A stretch of DNA of 64,000 nucleotides from Candidatus Stammera capleta. Lineage in GTDB: Bacteria; Pseudomonadota; Gammaproteobacteria; Enterobacterales; Enterobacteriaceae. The stretch lies in the NCBI GenBank assembly GCA_036689465.1, contig CP144833.1, forward strand, positions 163,093 through 227,092. Direction: 5' to 3'. Shown piece after piece: positions 1 through 11,830 of the stretch. The position numbers were made by a program, and so were the translations under genes. Below the pieces are notes generated by a model. That model was given only the letters and a program-made list of their open reading frames with translations, made no database searches and had not been told where the DNA came from. Positions within the stretch are counted from its first letter, which is position 1. Each line of letters opens with the position of its first letter.

Positions 1-571
1 AAGCCACAAAATCTACTTTATTTTTACAACCAAAAATTAAATCGGATTTATCTTTTTTAGATAAAAAAGGTAAAGATATAGGAATATTAGGCAAATTTAT
101 CCCTTTATTTTCTCCTAAAAAACCGCTATTTTTAACTTTACAGATTATTTTAATATCAGTTTTATCAATAACTAACATAGAAATTAAACCATCATCTACT
201 AAAATAGTATCTCCTATATTAATATCCTTTACAAAATTTTTATATGATACACTTACTATATTTTTATTACCTATAAATTTTTTATCATAAATAAAACTAA
301 ACAATTGACCTGTTTTTAAAAAAACATCTTTAGAATTCTCTAATTTAGAAGTACGTATTTCAGGGCCTTTAGTATCCAGTAATAAAGATATATATCTTCC
401 GGTAATTTTCATTACTTTTTTAAGATTAATAATATATTTTTTATGTATATCATGATCTCCATGGGAAAAATTTAATCTAGCAACATCCATACCAGCATAT
501 ACTAATTTAGTTAATATTTTTATATTATTTATATTAGGACCTAAAGTACAAACTATTTTAGTTTTTTTCAT
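1..571 (-). CDS. pykF: pyruvate kinase, N-terminal part (gene runs off the left edge)
   Basis: Reverse translation from ATG 571..569 reads MKKTKIVCTLGP..ARLNFSHGDH..LLDTKGPEIRT..GENKGINLP..DLIFGCKNKVDFVA. This is colinear with the E. coli PykF N-terminus. It is absent from the ORF track because no stop lies in the window. Confidence 0.9.
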   Translation of the reverse strand, partial: MKKTKIVCTLGPNINNIKILTKLVYAGMDVARLNFSHGDHDIHKKYIINLKKVMKITGRYISLLLDTKGPEIRTSKLENSKDVFLKTGQLFSFIYDKKFIGNKNIVSVSYKNFVKDINIGDTILVDDGLISMLVIDKTDIKIICKVKNSGFLGENKGINLPNIPISLPFLSKKDKSDLIFGCKNKVDFVA

Positions 572-606
572 ATTATTTATTTATTTTAAATAAAAAATTA
601 TTAAAC

Positions 607-678
607 TGCGTTCTAGTGGAATTGAACCACTGGCTTCCATCACGTCAAAATGGCACTCTACCTCTGAGTTAAGAACGC
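607..678 (-). tRNA. tRNA-Val (anticodon GAC)
   Basis: The reverse complement folds as GCGTTCT-TA-ACTC/GAGT-CCATT[TTGACGT]GATGG-AGTGG[TTCAATT]CCACT-AGAACGC-A. The 5' end resembles E. coli tRNA-Val(GAC). CCA is not encoded. Confidence 0.85.
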
Positions 679-765
679 AAATTAAATACAACATATTATA
701 TAAATATTATTATATACTATAATATAATAAAAATTAAAATATTTTTAACTATTAAAAATATAAAA

Positions 766-2016
766 ATGCAAAAAAATATTATTAAGGAACTTAAAGAAAG
801 AGAATTAATTATACAAATTTCGAATGAAAAAAAAATAATTAAAAAAATTAAAAATAAAAATATATATATATATTGTGGTTTTGATCCTAATAATGATAGT
901 CTTCATTTAGGACATTTAATACCACTTATAACTTTAAAGAGATTTCTAAATTATGGATATAAAATTATAATTCTATTAGGTGGAATAACTTCTATTATAG
1001 GAGATCCTAGTTTTAAAAAAAAAGAAAGGAAAACTAAATCTTTAAATAATATAAATTATTATACAAAAAAAATTTCTTTACAAATAAAAAAAATTTTTAA
1101 AAATTATAAAAATTTACTACTATTAAATAACAAAAAATGATTTACCAATATGAAAATAATTTTTTTCTTAAAAAATATCGGAAAACATTTTAATGTTTAC
1201 CAAATATTAAACAAAGAAGCAATAAAAACAAGAAATATAAAAAATAAGAAAGGAATTACATTTTCAGAAATATCATATAATTTATTACAAGGTTATGATT
1301 TCCTATATCTATATAAAAAATACAATACCTACATACAAATAGGTGGATCAGATCAATGAGGAAATATTATATCTGGTATAGATTTAATTAAAAAAATTTA
1401 TAAAAAAGAAGTTTTTGCTATAACTTTACCATTAATAACTAATAAAAAAGGTGTAAAATTTGGAAAATCAGAAAATAATACTTTATGATTAAATCCTGAT
1501 AAAACTACACCATATCAATTCTATCAATTTTGATTAAATATACCAGATAACAAAGTAAATACATTTCTAAAACAAATTACTTTTTTAAAAATTAAAAAAA
1601 TTAATGATATTATAAAAAAAAAAAAAATTATTGATGTAAAAAAAATTTTAGCTAAAGAAATAACTAAAATTGTACATGGAAAAAAAGAATTTAAAAAATC
1701 TATATATATAGCTAACTTTTTTTTTAAAAAAAAAAACCAAAAAAATAAAAAAGAATTTTATAAAATATTTAAAATAATAAAATCTAAATTATATATACCT
1801 AAAAATATTATCAATTTAAAAGAAATTTTAATAAAATTAAATATTACACATTCTAAATCTCAATCACATAAATTAATTATAAATAAATCTATATATATAA
1901 ATTATAAAAAAATATTAGATCCGGAATATAAAATAAAAAAAAAAGACAAATTATTTAATAACTTTACTATAATTAACAAAGGTAAAAAAAATTTTTTCTT
2001 AATAAAATGAAAATAA
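766..2016 (+). CDS. tyrS: tyrosine--tRNA ligase
   Basis: ORFs 766..1140 and 1150..1359 are in one frame and joined by TGA. The HLGH motif is present, GGSDQ-W(TGA)-GN is at 1357..1359, and KFGKSE is present. Translation continues to TAA at 2014..2016. Confidence 0.93.
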
Positions 2017-2017
2017 A

Positions 2018-2755
2018 TTAATATTTTTCTATAGAAAAATTACTTGTATTAATAAAATATATTTTTTTTAATATATTAATAATATTATTAACCATATTAC
2101 TATTTCCACATATCATAAAATGACTATTATTATTTATATATTTAGAATATTTTTTTTTTAAAAAAAAACTATTTATATAACCATAATAAATATTTAATTG
2201 ATATTTATTAAAATACTTAATTTTTTTTTCTCTACTAATAAAAAAAAATAAATTTAAATAATTTAAACCATATTCTTTCTTCAAATTTATTAATTTATCT
2301 AAAAAATAAATATTTTTAAAATATTTAACTCCATACAGAAAAAAAATCTTTTTAAATTTTTTTTTAATATATTGATAATCACTTTTTAAAATAGACAAAA
2401 AAGGAGATATAGAAGTACCCATACATAACATCCATAATATATTTTTATTATTAATGTTTTTAATAATAAACTTTCCATAAGAATACTTAGATATATATAT
2501 ATTTTTAAAAGACATATTAAATAATAAATTACTAAAATAACTATTTTTTTTCTTTTTTAAAAAAAATTCTAATTCTTTATCACTACAAGAATTTACAAAT
2601 GAATAAAATCTAAATTGAAAACCATATTTAGTTTTTAAACCTAATTTAGTAAATTGACCCCCAAAAAAGGGAGAAATATTATTTTTTAAAAATATAGAAA
2701 AATAATTTTTATTTCATATCTTTATCCTATTAATTTTATTTTTTATTCATTTCAT
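2018..2755 (-). CDS. fpr: ferredoxin/flavodoxin--NADP+ reductase
   Basis: ORF 2018..2515 extends upstream through in-frame TGA to ATG 2755..2753. MKWIKNKINRIKIWNKN..FFGGQFTKLGL..YSFVNS..LEFF..GTSISPFLSIL..MICGNSNM is colinear with E. coli Fpr. Confidence 0.85.
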
Positions 2756-2759
2756 AAAA

Positions 2760-4052
<1,293 letters not shown>

Positions 4053-4260
4053 TTATATCTCCTTAATATTAATATAGTTTAATTATAAAATGCATTTTAA
4101 AAACTATCAAATAAAAATATATTTTAAAACAAATATATTGTTAAATTATTAAAATAAACAAATTTCTATAAATACAGCAAATAAAATAATAAATATAATA
4201 ATTTAATTCTTAAAATTTAATTTACATAAAAATATAAATATGATATCATAGTAATGATAT

Positions 4261-4332
4261 CGCGGGGTAGAGCAGTGGTAGCTCGTCGGGCTCATAACCC
4301 GAAGGACGTTGGTTCAAATCCAACCCCCGCAA
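4261..4332 (+). tRNA. initiator tRNA-fMet (anticodon CAT)
   Basis: CGCGGGG-TA-GAGC..GCTC-TCGGG[CTCATAA]CCCGA..GTTGG[TTCAAAT]CCAAC-CCCCGCA-A. It has the C1:A72 mismatch and the three G:C pairs at the base of the anticodon stem that mark initiator tRNA. Confidence 0.92.
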
Positions 4333-4342
4333 TTATAATTAC

Positions 4343-4732
4343 TTATAAAGAAAAAAATACTTTAATTAAATTATTTATAAAATATATAATTAATATACCT
4401 TTTAAAAACCCTACTATTAAACTTAAAAATACATTTAAAAAATAAATTATTGCTAAAAAAAAATTTCTTATTAAAGAAAATAAAAAACTTTCCAAAAAAT
4501 AAATTATTAATATAAAAAAAAATAATGACATAAAAAACAAAATTTTTTTTTTAAAAAATAAAATAAAATATTGATTTAAAAAAAATAAAAAATAATTATT
4601 TAACAGAAAATAAAAAATATACAAAAAAAATAAAGAAAATAATTCCCTTAAAAAACCTCTTTTAAAACTATAAAAAACAGAAAAAAATATAATAAAATAA
4701 CTAATCATATAAATAATTCTAGTAAAATTCAT
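4343..4732 (-). CDS. cvpA: colicin V production / CvpA-family inner membrane protein
   Basis: The 129-aa hydrophobic ORF contains SFKRGFLRELFSL and GFLKGILIIY, matching E. coli CvpA SLIRGFVREALSL and GALRGVLIV. Confidence 0.65.
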   Translation of the reverse strand: MNFTRIIYMISYFIIFFSVFYSFKRGFLRELFSLFFLYIFYFLLNNYFLFFLNQYFILFFKKKILFFMSLFFFILIIYFLESFLFSLIRNFFLAIIYFLNVFLSLIVGFLKGILIIYFINNLIKVFFSL

Positions 4733-4778
4733 AAGTATTCTATATTAGAATAAAAAATTAATAATAAATTTTAAAGAT

Positions 4779-5531
4779 TTAAAATTCTATTTTATATAAA
4801 TATAAACCATATGGTTTAACTGAAAATGATCTGCATAAATTTTTATCTCTAGAAGATAAAATATGTTTTATCCAATTTATAGGATATTTTCCAATACCTA
4901 CTAATAATAAACTACTAACAATATTACGAACCATACGATACAAAAAAGAATTAGCTTTAATATCAAATATAATATATTTTTTTTTTTTAAATATATTTAA
5001 ATGCATAATATTTTTATATGTATTTTTAGATTCACATCCTGAAGAACGAAAAGAAGTAAAATCATGCTTACCTAATAAATAATAAGATGCTTGTAACATA
5101 AAATCAATATTAATATTACCTCTATAATACATAACTAAATTATTTAAAAAACTTGATCTAATACAAGAATTTAAAATAATATATAAATATCTTCTGGAAT
5201 TAACATTATAACGTGCATGAAAATTATTTTTCACATATTTCATTCATTTAAATGTAATATCATAAGGTAAATTAAAGTTAGCAATTAATAATCATTCATT
5301 TTCATTTTTATATATGTAAGTATCAAAATGAAACATTTGACCTAAACTATGTACACCAGAATCTGTTCTACTAGAACATATAATATTAACTTTATGATTG
5401 GTAATTTTAGATAAACATTTTTCAATTATTTCTTGTATACTTAAACTATTATGTAATTGTTTTTGTCAACCAATATAATTCATTCCATTATATTCTACAC
5501 AAACTAATAATCTATATATTCTATTTAACAT
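4779..5531 (-). CDS. truA: tRNA pseudouridine(38-40) synthase
   Basis: ORF 4779..5243 extends through TGAs to ATG 5531..5529 (in frame, 288 nt upstream). [47 protein letters not shown] is colinear with TruA. Confidence 0.92.
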
Positions 5532-5853
5532 AAAATTTATTTTTATTACGTAAAAAATATAATTTAGATTTATTAAAAAAATTTTTTTTTTTTATTAATA
5601 TAGAATGTATAATAGGAGAATGAATAAAAAATATTTTTTCTATACCTTCACCATAAGAAAATCTCCTTAATGTTATAGAAGTATTTAAACCTTTATTTTT
5701 AATAGAAATAATTATACCTATAAAATTTTGTAATCTTTTTCTAGAACTTTCTACAACCCAAATTTTAACTTCTACTAAATAACCTGATCTTAAAAATGGA
5801 ATATTTTTATTTAAATATTTTTCTTCCACAAAATTTACTAATTTATTTTTCAT
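5521..5853 (-). CDS. rplS: 50S ribosomal protein L19
   Basis: The intact ORF reads ..FLRSGYLVEVKIWVVESSRKRLQNF.G..I..KN.GL..S.TLRR.S.GEGIE. It ends in TAG. Confidence 0.97.
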   Translation of the reverse strand: MKNKLVNFVEEKYLNKNIPFLRSGYLVEVKIWVVESSRKRLQNFIGIIISIKNKGLNTSITLRRFSYGEGIEKIFFIHSPIIHSILIKKKNFFNKSKLYFLRNKNKFYVK

Positions 5854-5859
5854 ATATTT

Positions 5860-6588
5860 TTAAATATTTAATATTTTTTTAAAAAATTTTATTATTTTTT
5901 TATCTGTAAAAAAATTATTTAATAAATAAGGTTTATTAATTAAAGTTTTTATAAAAGATTGTTTTAATCTCCATAAATTAATATTTTTGTGATTACCTGA
6001 TAAAAGAATTTCAGGAACACAAAAATTATTAAACTTATATGGTTTAGTATAATTAGGATAACCTAATAATCCTTTAAAATTAAAAGAATCATTTCTGCAG
6101 GAATTAATATTATTTATAATTCCAGGAATATTTCTTATTATAAGATCTATTAATACTAGAACAGAAATTTCACCACAACTCAATATAAAATCTCCTATAG
6201 AAATTTCCATATCAATATAATTATCAATAATTCTTTGATCTATACCACTATAACGACTACATATAAATATCAAAGAATCATAATTTAATAATTGATTAAT
6301 TAAATCAACATTAATAATTTCTCCTTGAGGAGATAAATGTATTACAAAAGATTTTTTATATAAACTTCTAATTTTTTTAATAATATAATATAAAGGTTTA
6401 GGCTGAATCAATAAACCAGGACCACCACCATAAATTTTATCATCTACACCATAATTATCTTCTTTAAAATCCATTAAATTTCAAATATTAAAATTAATAA
6501 TTTTTTTTTTAATACCTTTATATATTAAACCATTTTTAAATGGAGAAGTAAAAAAATCAGGATTTATAGTAATTATATCAAAATTCAT
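5860..6588 (-). CDS. trmD: tRNA (guanine37-N1)-methyltransferase
   Basis: ORF 5860..6474 extends through one TGA to ATG 6588..6586. MNFDIITINPDFF.., YGGGPGLL and LLSGNHKNI..WR are TrmD motifs. Confidence 0.93.
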
Positions 6589-6618
6589 TTCATTATTTAA
6601 ACTAAAATTTATATACAA

Positions 6619-6879
6619 CTATTTATTTAAACTAATATCTTTATATTTCTTAAATATAAATAAAACCCTCTTAGATAAAACTGCTCCTTTACTTATTCAT
6701 AAATTAATATTTATAACATCTATAAATATATCTTTTGAAGAATCTAAATACCCTAAAGGATTATAAAAACCTAATTTTTGAATAAATTTACTATTACGAA
6801 ATCTACGTTTATCAGCTACAACAATATGATAAAAAGGTTTTTTTTTTCTTCCATAACGAGCTAAACGTATTACTACCAT
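6619..6879 (-). CDS. rpsP: 30S ribosomal protein S16
   Basis: [25 protein letters not shown] is followed by an in-frame TGA, then ISKGAVLS... to TAG at 6619..6621 (87 codons). Confidence 0.93.
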
Positions 6880-6940
6880 AAAAACCTCAATTTAAATACA
6901 TATAAAATTACTTTTTTAAAAAACTAATTAAATTATATAA

Positions 6941-7026
6941 TAGTGGGAAAGGGATTCGAACCCTTGATACTATGAAAGTATACACATCTTCCAAACGTGC
7001 TCTTTAAACCACTCAGACACCCCACT
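6941..7026 (-). tRNA. tRNA-Ser (anticodon GGA)
   Basis: The reverse complement reads AGTGGGG-TG-TCT..AGA-CACGT[TTGGAAG]ATGTG, a long variable arm ATACT-TTCAT-AGTAT, then AAGGG[TTCGAAT]CCCTT-TCCCACT-A. Confidence 0.85.
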
Positions 7027-7112
7027 ATAAATTTATTTATATATACAATTATATACTAAAAAATAATAATATTTTGACATTTAAAAATATTTTTATTATA
7101 CTAAAAATATAT

Positions 7113-7185
7113 TCCTCTGTAGTTCAGTAGGTAGAACGGCGGACTGTTAATCCGTATGTCACTGGTTCGATCCCAGTCAGAGGAG
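7113..7185 (+). tRNA. tRNA-Asn (anticodon GTT)
   Basis: TCCTCTG-TA-GTTC..GAAC-GCGGA[CTGTTAA]TCCGT-ACTGG[TTCGATC]CCAGT-CAGAGGA-G. Confidence 0.92.
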
Positions 7186-7190
7186 TAAAT

Positions 7191-9611
7191 TTATATATCT
7201 ATATTAGATGTAATAACAAAATTATCTTCAATAAACTTTTTTCTTAATTTAATATTATCACCCATTAAAATTTTAAATAAATTATCAGTTTTATCATTAT
7301 TATTAATAGTAATTTTAGATAATATTCTTTTTTCAGGATTCATAGTAGATTCTCATAATTGAATAGGATTCATTTCTCCTAATCCTTTATAACGTTGTAT
7401 TAATATTTTTTTTTTATCTTTTTCTAAAATATAATTTATTAAAGAACCTAAATTAAAAAAATTTTTTTTTTTACCATTTACAATAATATATTTTATATAA
7501 AATTCATTAAAAAATGATATTTTTTTACCTAATTTCAAAAAAGAAAAATAATTATTTTGTAAAAAAAAATTATTAACACAAATAGTTTCTTTATTAAAAT
7601 TATGTAAATAAAAAAACTTTATTTTTAAAAAAATATTTTTATCAAAAACTAATTTAAAAAATATTTTTTTCCTAAAAATAGAATCATCTTTATTTAAAAA
7701 AACAATAAAATTATTAAGTCATTTATTTAAATTAACTATTGAAAAATCAGATATTTTTTTAAAAAACATAAGTTTATTTAAAATAAAATACGATAAATTA
7801 TTCTTATATTTAAATAAATAATTCAATATATTTATATATTTGTAAGATAAATGAATTAACATTTTATTATCTAATAAAATAGAATTATCATATTTATATA
7901 ACTCAATATCTTTAAAAGATAAATTAATTTTATATTTTATAAGATCACAATAATTTTTAATATATAATTCTTTTTTACCTTCATTAATTTTATATAAAGG
8001 AGGACGAGCAATATATAAATAACCTTCTTTTATTAAAGAAGGCATATATCTATAAAAAAAAGTTAATAACAAAGTACGTATATGAGCACCATCTACATCT
8101 GCATCAGTCATAATTATTATATTATGATATCTCAATTTATTTAAATTAAAATTCTTATTACCAATACCACATCCTAAAACTGAAACCAAAATATTTATTT
8201 CTTTAGAAGATAAAATTTTTTCTCAATTAGTTTTCTCAACATTAATAATTTTACCCTTTAAAGGTAAAACAGCTTGATTAACACGATTCCTACCTTGTTT
8301 AGCAGATCCTCCTGCAGAATCTCCTTCAACTAGAAAAATCTCAGAATAAGCGGGATTTTTTTCCTGACAATCAGCCAATTTACTAGCTGTAATATTTAAA
8401 TCTAAAATATTTTTTTTTCTTGATAATTCTCGAGATCTTTTAATCGATTCCCTTATATTATAAGAATTTATTATTTTATTAATAATTAATTTTGCATCAT
8501 GATTATGATTTATTAAAAAAAAAAACAAATTTTTATTAACTAATGATTCAACTACATATTTTACTTCTGAAGATACTAACTTTCCTTTAGTTTGAGAAGA
8601 AAATTTTGGATCAAACATTTTTATATTAATAATAGCAAACAATCCTACTCTAGTATCTTCACCTATCACATTAATTTTTTTTTTTGTACTATATTTTTTT
8701 TTATCTATATAAATATTGATACTACGAGTGATAGCAGATTTAAAACCTATTAAATGAGTTCCACCATCTACCTGAGGAATATTATTAGTAAAACATAAAA
8801 TTTTATTTTCTGTAGTATTTATCCATTGACATACTATTTCTAAATAAATATTTTTTTTTTTTTTTTTAAGAAAAAAAATATTTTTATGAAGTATATTTTT
8901 GTCTTTTATTAAATAAGATAAAAAAGATTTTATACCACCATAATTTATAAACTTATTTATATAATCAATTCTATTATCAATTAATTTAATATATAAACCA
9001 GAATTTAAAAAAGATAATTCATTTAATCTATTAAATATAATATTTAATTTAAATTGATTAAAATTTAAAAAAATTTTTTTATCAGGCCAAAATCTTATAT
9101 AAGTTCCGCTAATATTAGTCTTACCAATAACTTTAATATTTTTTTGGGGAAATCCAAATTTATAAATTTGATAATAAATTTTATTATCTCTATATATTTT
9201 TAATTCTAATTTTTCCGATAATGCATTTACAACTGAAATACCCACACCATGCAATCCACCAGAAAATTTATATGAACTATTATCAAACTTACTACCAGAA
9301 TGTAGTACAGTCATAATTAATTCAGCACTAGATATATTAGTATCACTATGTATATCTGTAGGTATACCTCTACCATCATCAAAAATTGATACAGAATTAT
9401 CTTTATATAAGGTTACAAAAATTTTTTTACAAAAACCGGCTAAACATTCATCTATAGAATTATCTATTACTTCAAAAACCATATGATGTAAACCTGTACC
9501 ATCACTAGTATCACCAATATACATACCAGGACGTTTACGAACAGCCTCTAAACCTTTTAAAATTTTAATACTTGAAGAATTATAAAAATTAGATAACATA
9601 TTTATACTCAT
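7191..9611 (-). CDS. gyrB: DNA gyrase subunit B
   Basis: ORFs 8223..9611, 7719..8189 and 7353..7538 are all in one frame relative to TAA at 7191 (807 codons). The ends are [16 protein letters not shown].. and ..NIDI*. It contains an in-frame A17 tract (sense) at 8851..8867. Confidence 0.97.
8851..8867 (-). repeat. A17 (sense) homopolymer inside gyrB, in frame
   Basis: The ORF-track translation ..[11 protein letters not shown].. fixes the tract at 17 nt. Confidence 0.85.
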
Positions 9612-9628
9612 TTAAAATTAAATATTAT

Positions 9629-10762
9629 TTATAATTGTATTGGCATAATCATATAATTAACATATTTATCATTAATGTTTAAAATTTTTACAATAGAATT
9701 ATTATCTTTAAAATAAATACGTATTTGAGATGAATTTTTTATAGTATTCAAAATATCTAAAATAAACTTAATATTTAAATTTAAATTAATATTACTACCT
9801 GAATATTCAATTAATATTTTTTCTTTTGTTTCATTATTATTAGAATCATCAGAAGATAATATAAGACAATTATTCTTAAAAAATAAACAAACATAATTAG
9901 AAATATTATTACTTATAATTAAAGAACGTAATAAAGCATTTTTAAATATTATTAAATCTAAATCTACACAAAAATAATCTTCAAAAGACAAAAAAATATT
10001 AGAATAATCTGGGAAAGAACCATTTATTAAACTTCCATAAATAACATAATTATTAAAAATTATTCTAATCATATTAAAATTTACTTCAAAAATAACTTCT
10101 TTATCATCTAAAAAATCAAAAAATTTAAATAATTCTACCACTAATTTTTTAGAAATTATTAAAGAAAAATTTTTTTTTTTACTTAATAATTTAAAATATT
10201 TTATAGACAATTTATAAATAGAAATACGATAACTATCTGTAGTTACAAAAAAAAAAAAACCATTCTTATATTCTATTAACATACCATTTAAATAATAATA
10301 TATATCTTGATCGCCCATAGAAAAATGTATTGAAAATATTATTTTTTTTAAAATATAACTAGAAATAGAAAATTTATTACAAAAAGAAAAATTTTTATTT
10401 ATAATAGGAAACTGTAATACAGGTAAAGTATTTAATAAAGAAATACTATTTAAACAACATAATCTTAATCTATTTTTATACAAATTTAAAAAAATTATAT
10501 CTTCATTTAAATAAGTACGAAATAATTCATATAAATTGCGCAAATTAACAGTAAAAGAACCAATAGAAAAAATATTTTTTTTTGATAATTTTATTTTACA
10601 ATTAATTTCTATATCTAAATCAGTAACTTTTAAACTTAGAGCGTTAAAATCTATTTTAACTAAAACATATGTCAAAATAATATTTTTATTAGAAATATTA
10701 ATATATGTATTTAACTTACTTAAAATATTAAATATTTTTTTTTTTTTTATAAAGAATTTCAT
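9629..10762 (-). CDS. dnaN: DNA polymerase III beta sliding clamp
   Basis: The intact 377-aa ORF lies directly upstream of gyrB and ends ..MIMPIQL (E. coli ..MPMRL). Confidence 0.9.
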   Translation of the reverse strand: MKFFIKKKKIFNILSKLNTYINISNKNIILTYVLVKIDFNALSLKVTDLDIEINCKIKLSKKNIFSIGSFTVNLRNLYELFRTYLNEDIIFLNLYKNRLRLCCLNSISLLNTLPVLQFPIINKNFSFCNKFSISSYILKKIIFSIHFSMGDQDIYYYLNGMLIEYKNGFFFFVTTDSYRISIYKLSIKYFKLLSKKKNFSLIISKKLVVELFKFFDFLDDKEVIFEVNFNMIRIIFNNYVIYGSLINGSFPDYSNIFLSFEDYFCVDLDLIIFKNALLRSLIISNNISNYVCLFFKNNCLILSSDDSNNNETKEKILIEYSGSNINLNLNIKFILDILNTIKNSSQIRIYFKDNNSIVKILNINDKYVNYMIMPIQL

Positions 10763-11673
10763 ATTTAGATAACAAAATTAATACAATTAAATTATTAAAA
10801 TTAACAACATTACTAGTAAAAATATTATTTTTATTATCTTTTACAAAAATATATTCTATATATTAAAAACTTAATTTAAATAAACTATAACAAATTAATT
10901 TTTACTAATAAATAAATATATAACTAAGAAAATATAAAATTAATAAATATATTTAAATATAAAGAATATAAAAATATAATTCTATAAAAATTAAATATTT
11001 TCTTATATATAAAATATATTTTAATATATTAAATTAATCTATTTTTTTTTAGAAAGTATATAATATATCTTTTACAAAATCAATATTTATATTATTTCCA
11101 TAATTTAAATACTTTAAATATATAAATAAATTTATATAATTATTATAAAACAAAATATATTATTTTATTAAAATTATAAATATAATATATATTTTTTTAA
11201 AAAAAGATAAAATTTATACTTTTAATTTTTTAAAAAATATACTTAATATTTTAATTATTATTAATATTTTTATTTAAATTTTAAATACATTTATTAAATA
11301 TAAATAATAATTTAATATTAAATTTTATTTAATTATTAAATATATAAATATTACCAACAGTATTTATTAAAATAAAAAATCATAAAAATAAAATTAATAA
11401 ATAAATTAACAAATTTATCATAAAAATTTTTTTAATAATTATTAAATATATAATAAAAAAATATAATATTAATTATATATAAAATTAAATAAATATTATC
11501 AATAAAAATATATAAATTTAAACCATATATTTATTTTAAATAAACTATATTTAAATTTATTAAAATATTTTATCTATAGATTTACTAATGAAATAAAACT
11601 TACATTTAATATAAATAAATATAATAGTATAATTATATATAAATAATATTAATTACGAATAAAAATAAAATAT
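10763..11673. other. 0.9-kb non-coding, almost pure A/T spacer in the slot normally occupied by dnaA; candidate replication-origin region
   Basis: There is no ORF and very few G or C. It lies between divergent dnaN (-) and rpmH (+), where Enterobacterales carry dnaA and its promoter. Confidence 0.5.
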
Positions 11674-11808
11674 ATGAAAAGAACATATCAACCATCAAAA
11701 ATAAAAAAAAAACGTACTCATGGATTTAAAAAAAGAATGTCAACAAAAAATGGTAGAAAAATATTATCATATAGAAGAAAAAAAAAAAGAAAAAAAATAT
11801 CTATATAA
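11674..11808 (+). CDS. rpmH: 50S ribosomal protein L34
   Basis: [44 protein letters not shown] (44 aa). Confidence 0.95.
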   Translation: MKRTYQPSKIKKKRTHGFKKRMSTKNGRKILSYRRKKKRKKISI

Positions 11809-11830
11809 AAAATTTTCTTTACCTAAATTA

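Noticed and set aside
766-2016. Widespread apparent pseudogenisation: tyrS, eno, gyrB, recBCD, leuS, thrS, pheT and others appear as strings of short ORFs in the track.
   Set aside because: The fragments of each gene are in one frame and are separated only by TGA at conserved Trp positions, so this is a genetic-code effect (table 4), not gene decay. Only rpsB, sufC and the ydjM-like gene remain broken after recoding.
2690-2755. An apparent frameshift near the 5' end of fpr; on first reading the N-terminal 17 codons seemed out of frame.
   Set aside because: This was my own miscount of a short A run. Re-anchoring on the ORF-track coordinates (eno stop at 2760, fpr ORF end at 2515) puts ATG 2755 exactly 240 nt upstream and in frame.
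4254-4445. 63-aa + strand ORF MISRGRAVVARRAHNPKDVGSNPTP...
   Set aside because: It is the translation of the initiator tRNA-Met gene (4261..4332) and the antisense of cvpA, so it is not a protein gene.
11331-11453. A 17-nt direct repeat, AATTATTAAATATATAA, occurring twice about 106 nt apart in the dnaN-rpmH spacer; considered as possible iterons.
   Set aside because: In a two-letter (A/T) sequence of about 900 nt, a few 17-mer coincidences are expected by chance. There is no third copy or regular spacing.
11570-11578. DnaA-box-like TTATCTATA in the spacer.
   Set aside because: It has two mismatches to TTATCCACA, is a single occurrence, and is trivially frequent in AT-rich DNA. It is not evidence for a DnaA-dependent origin.
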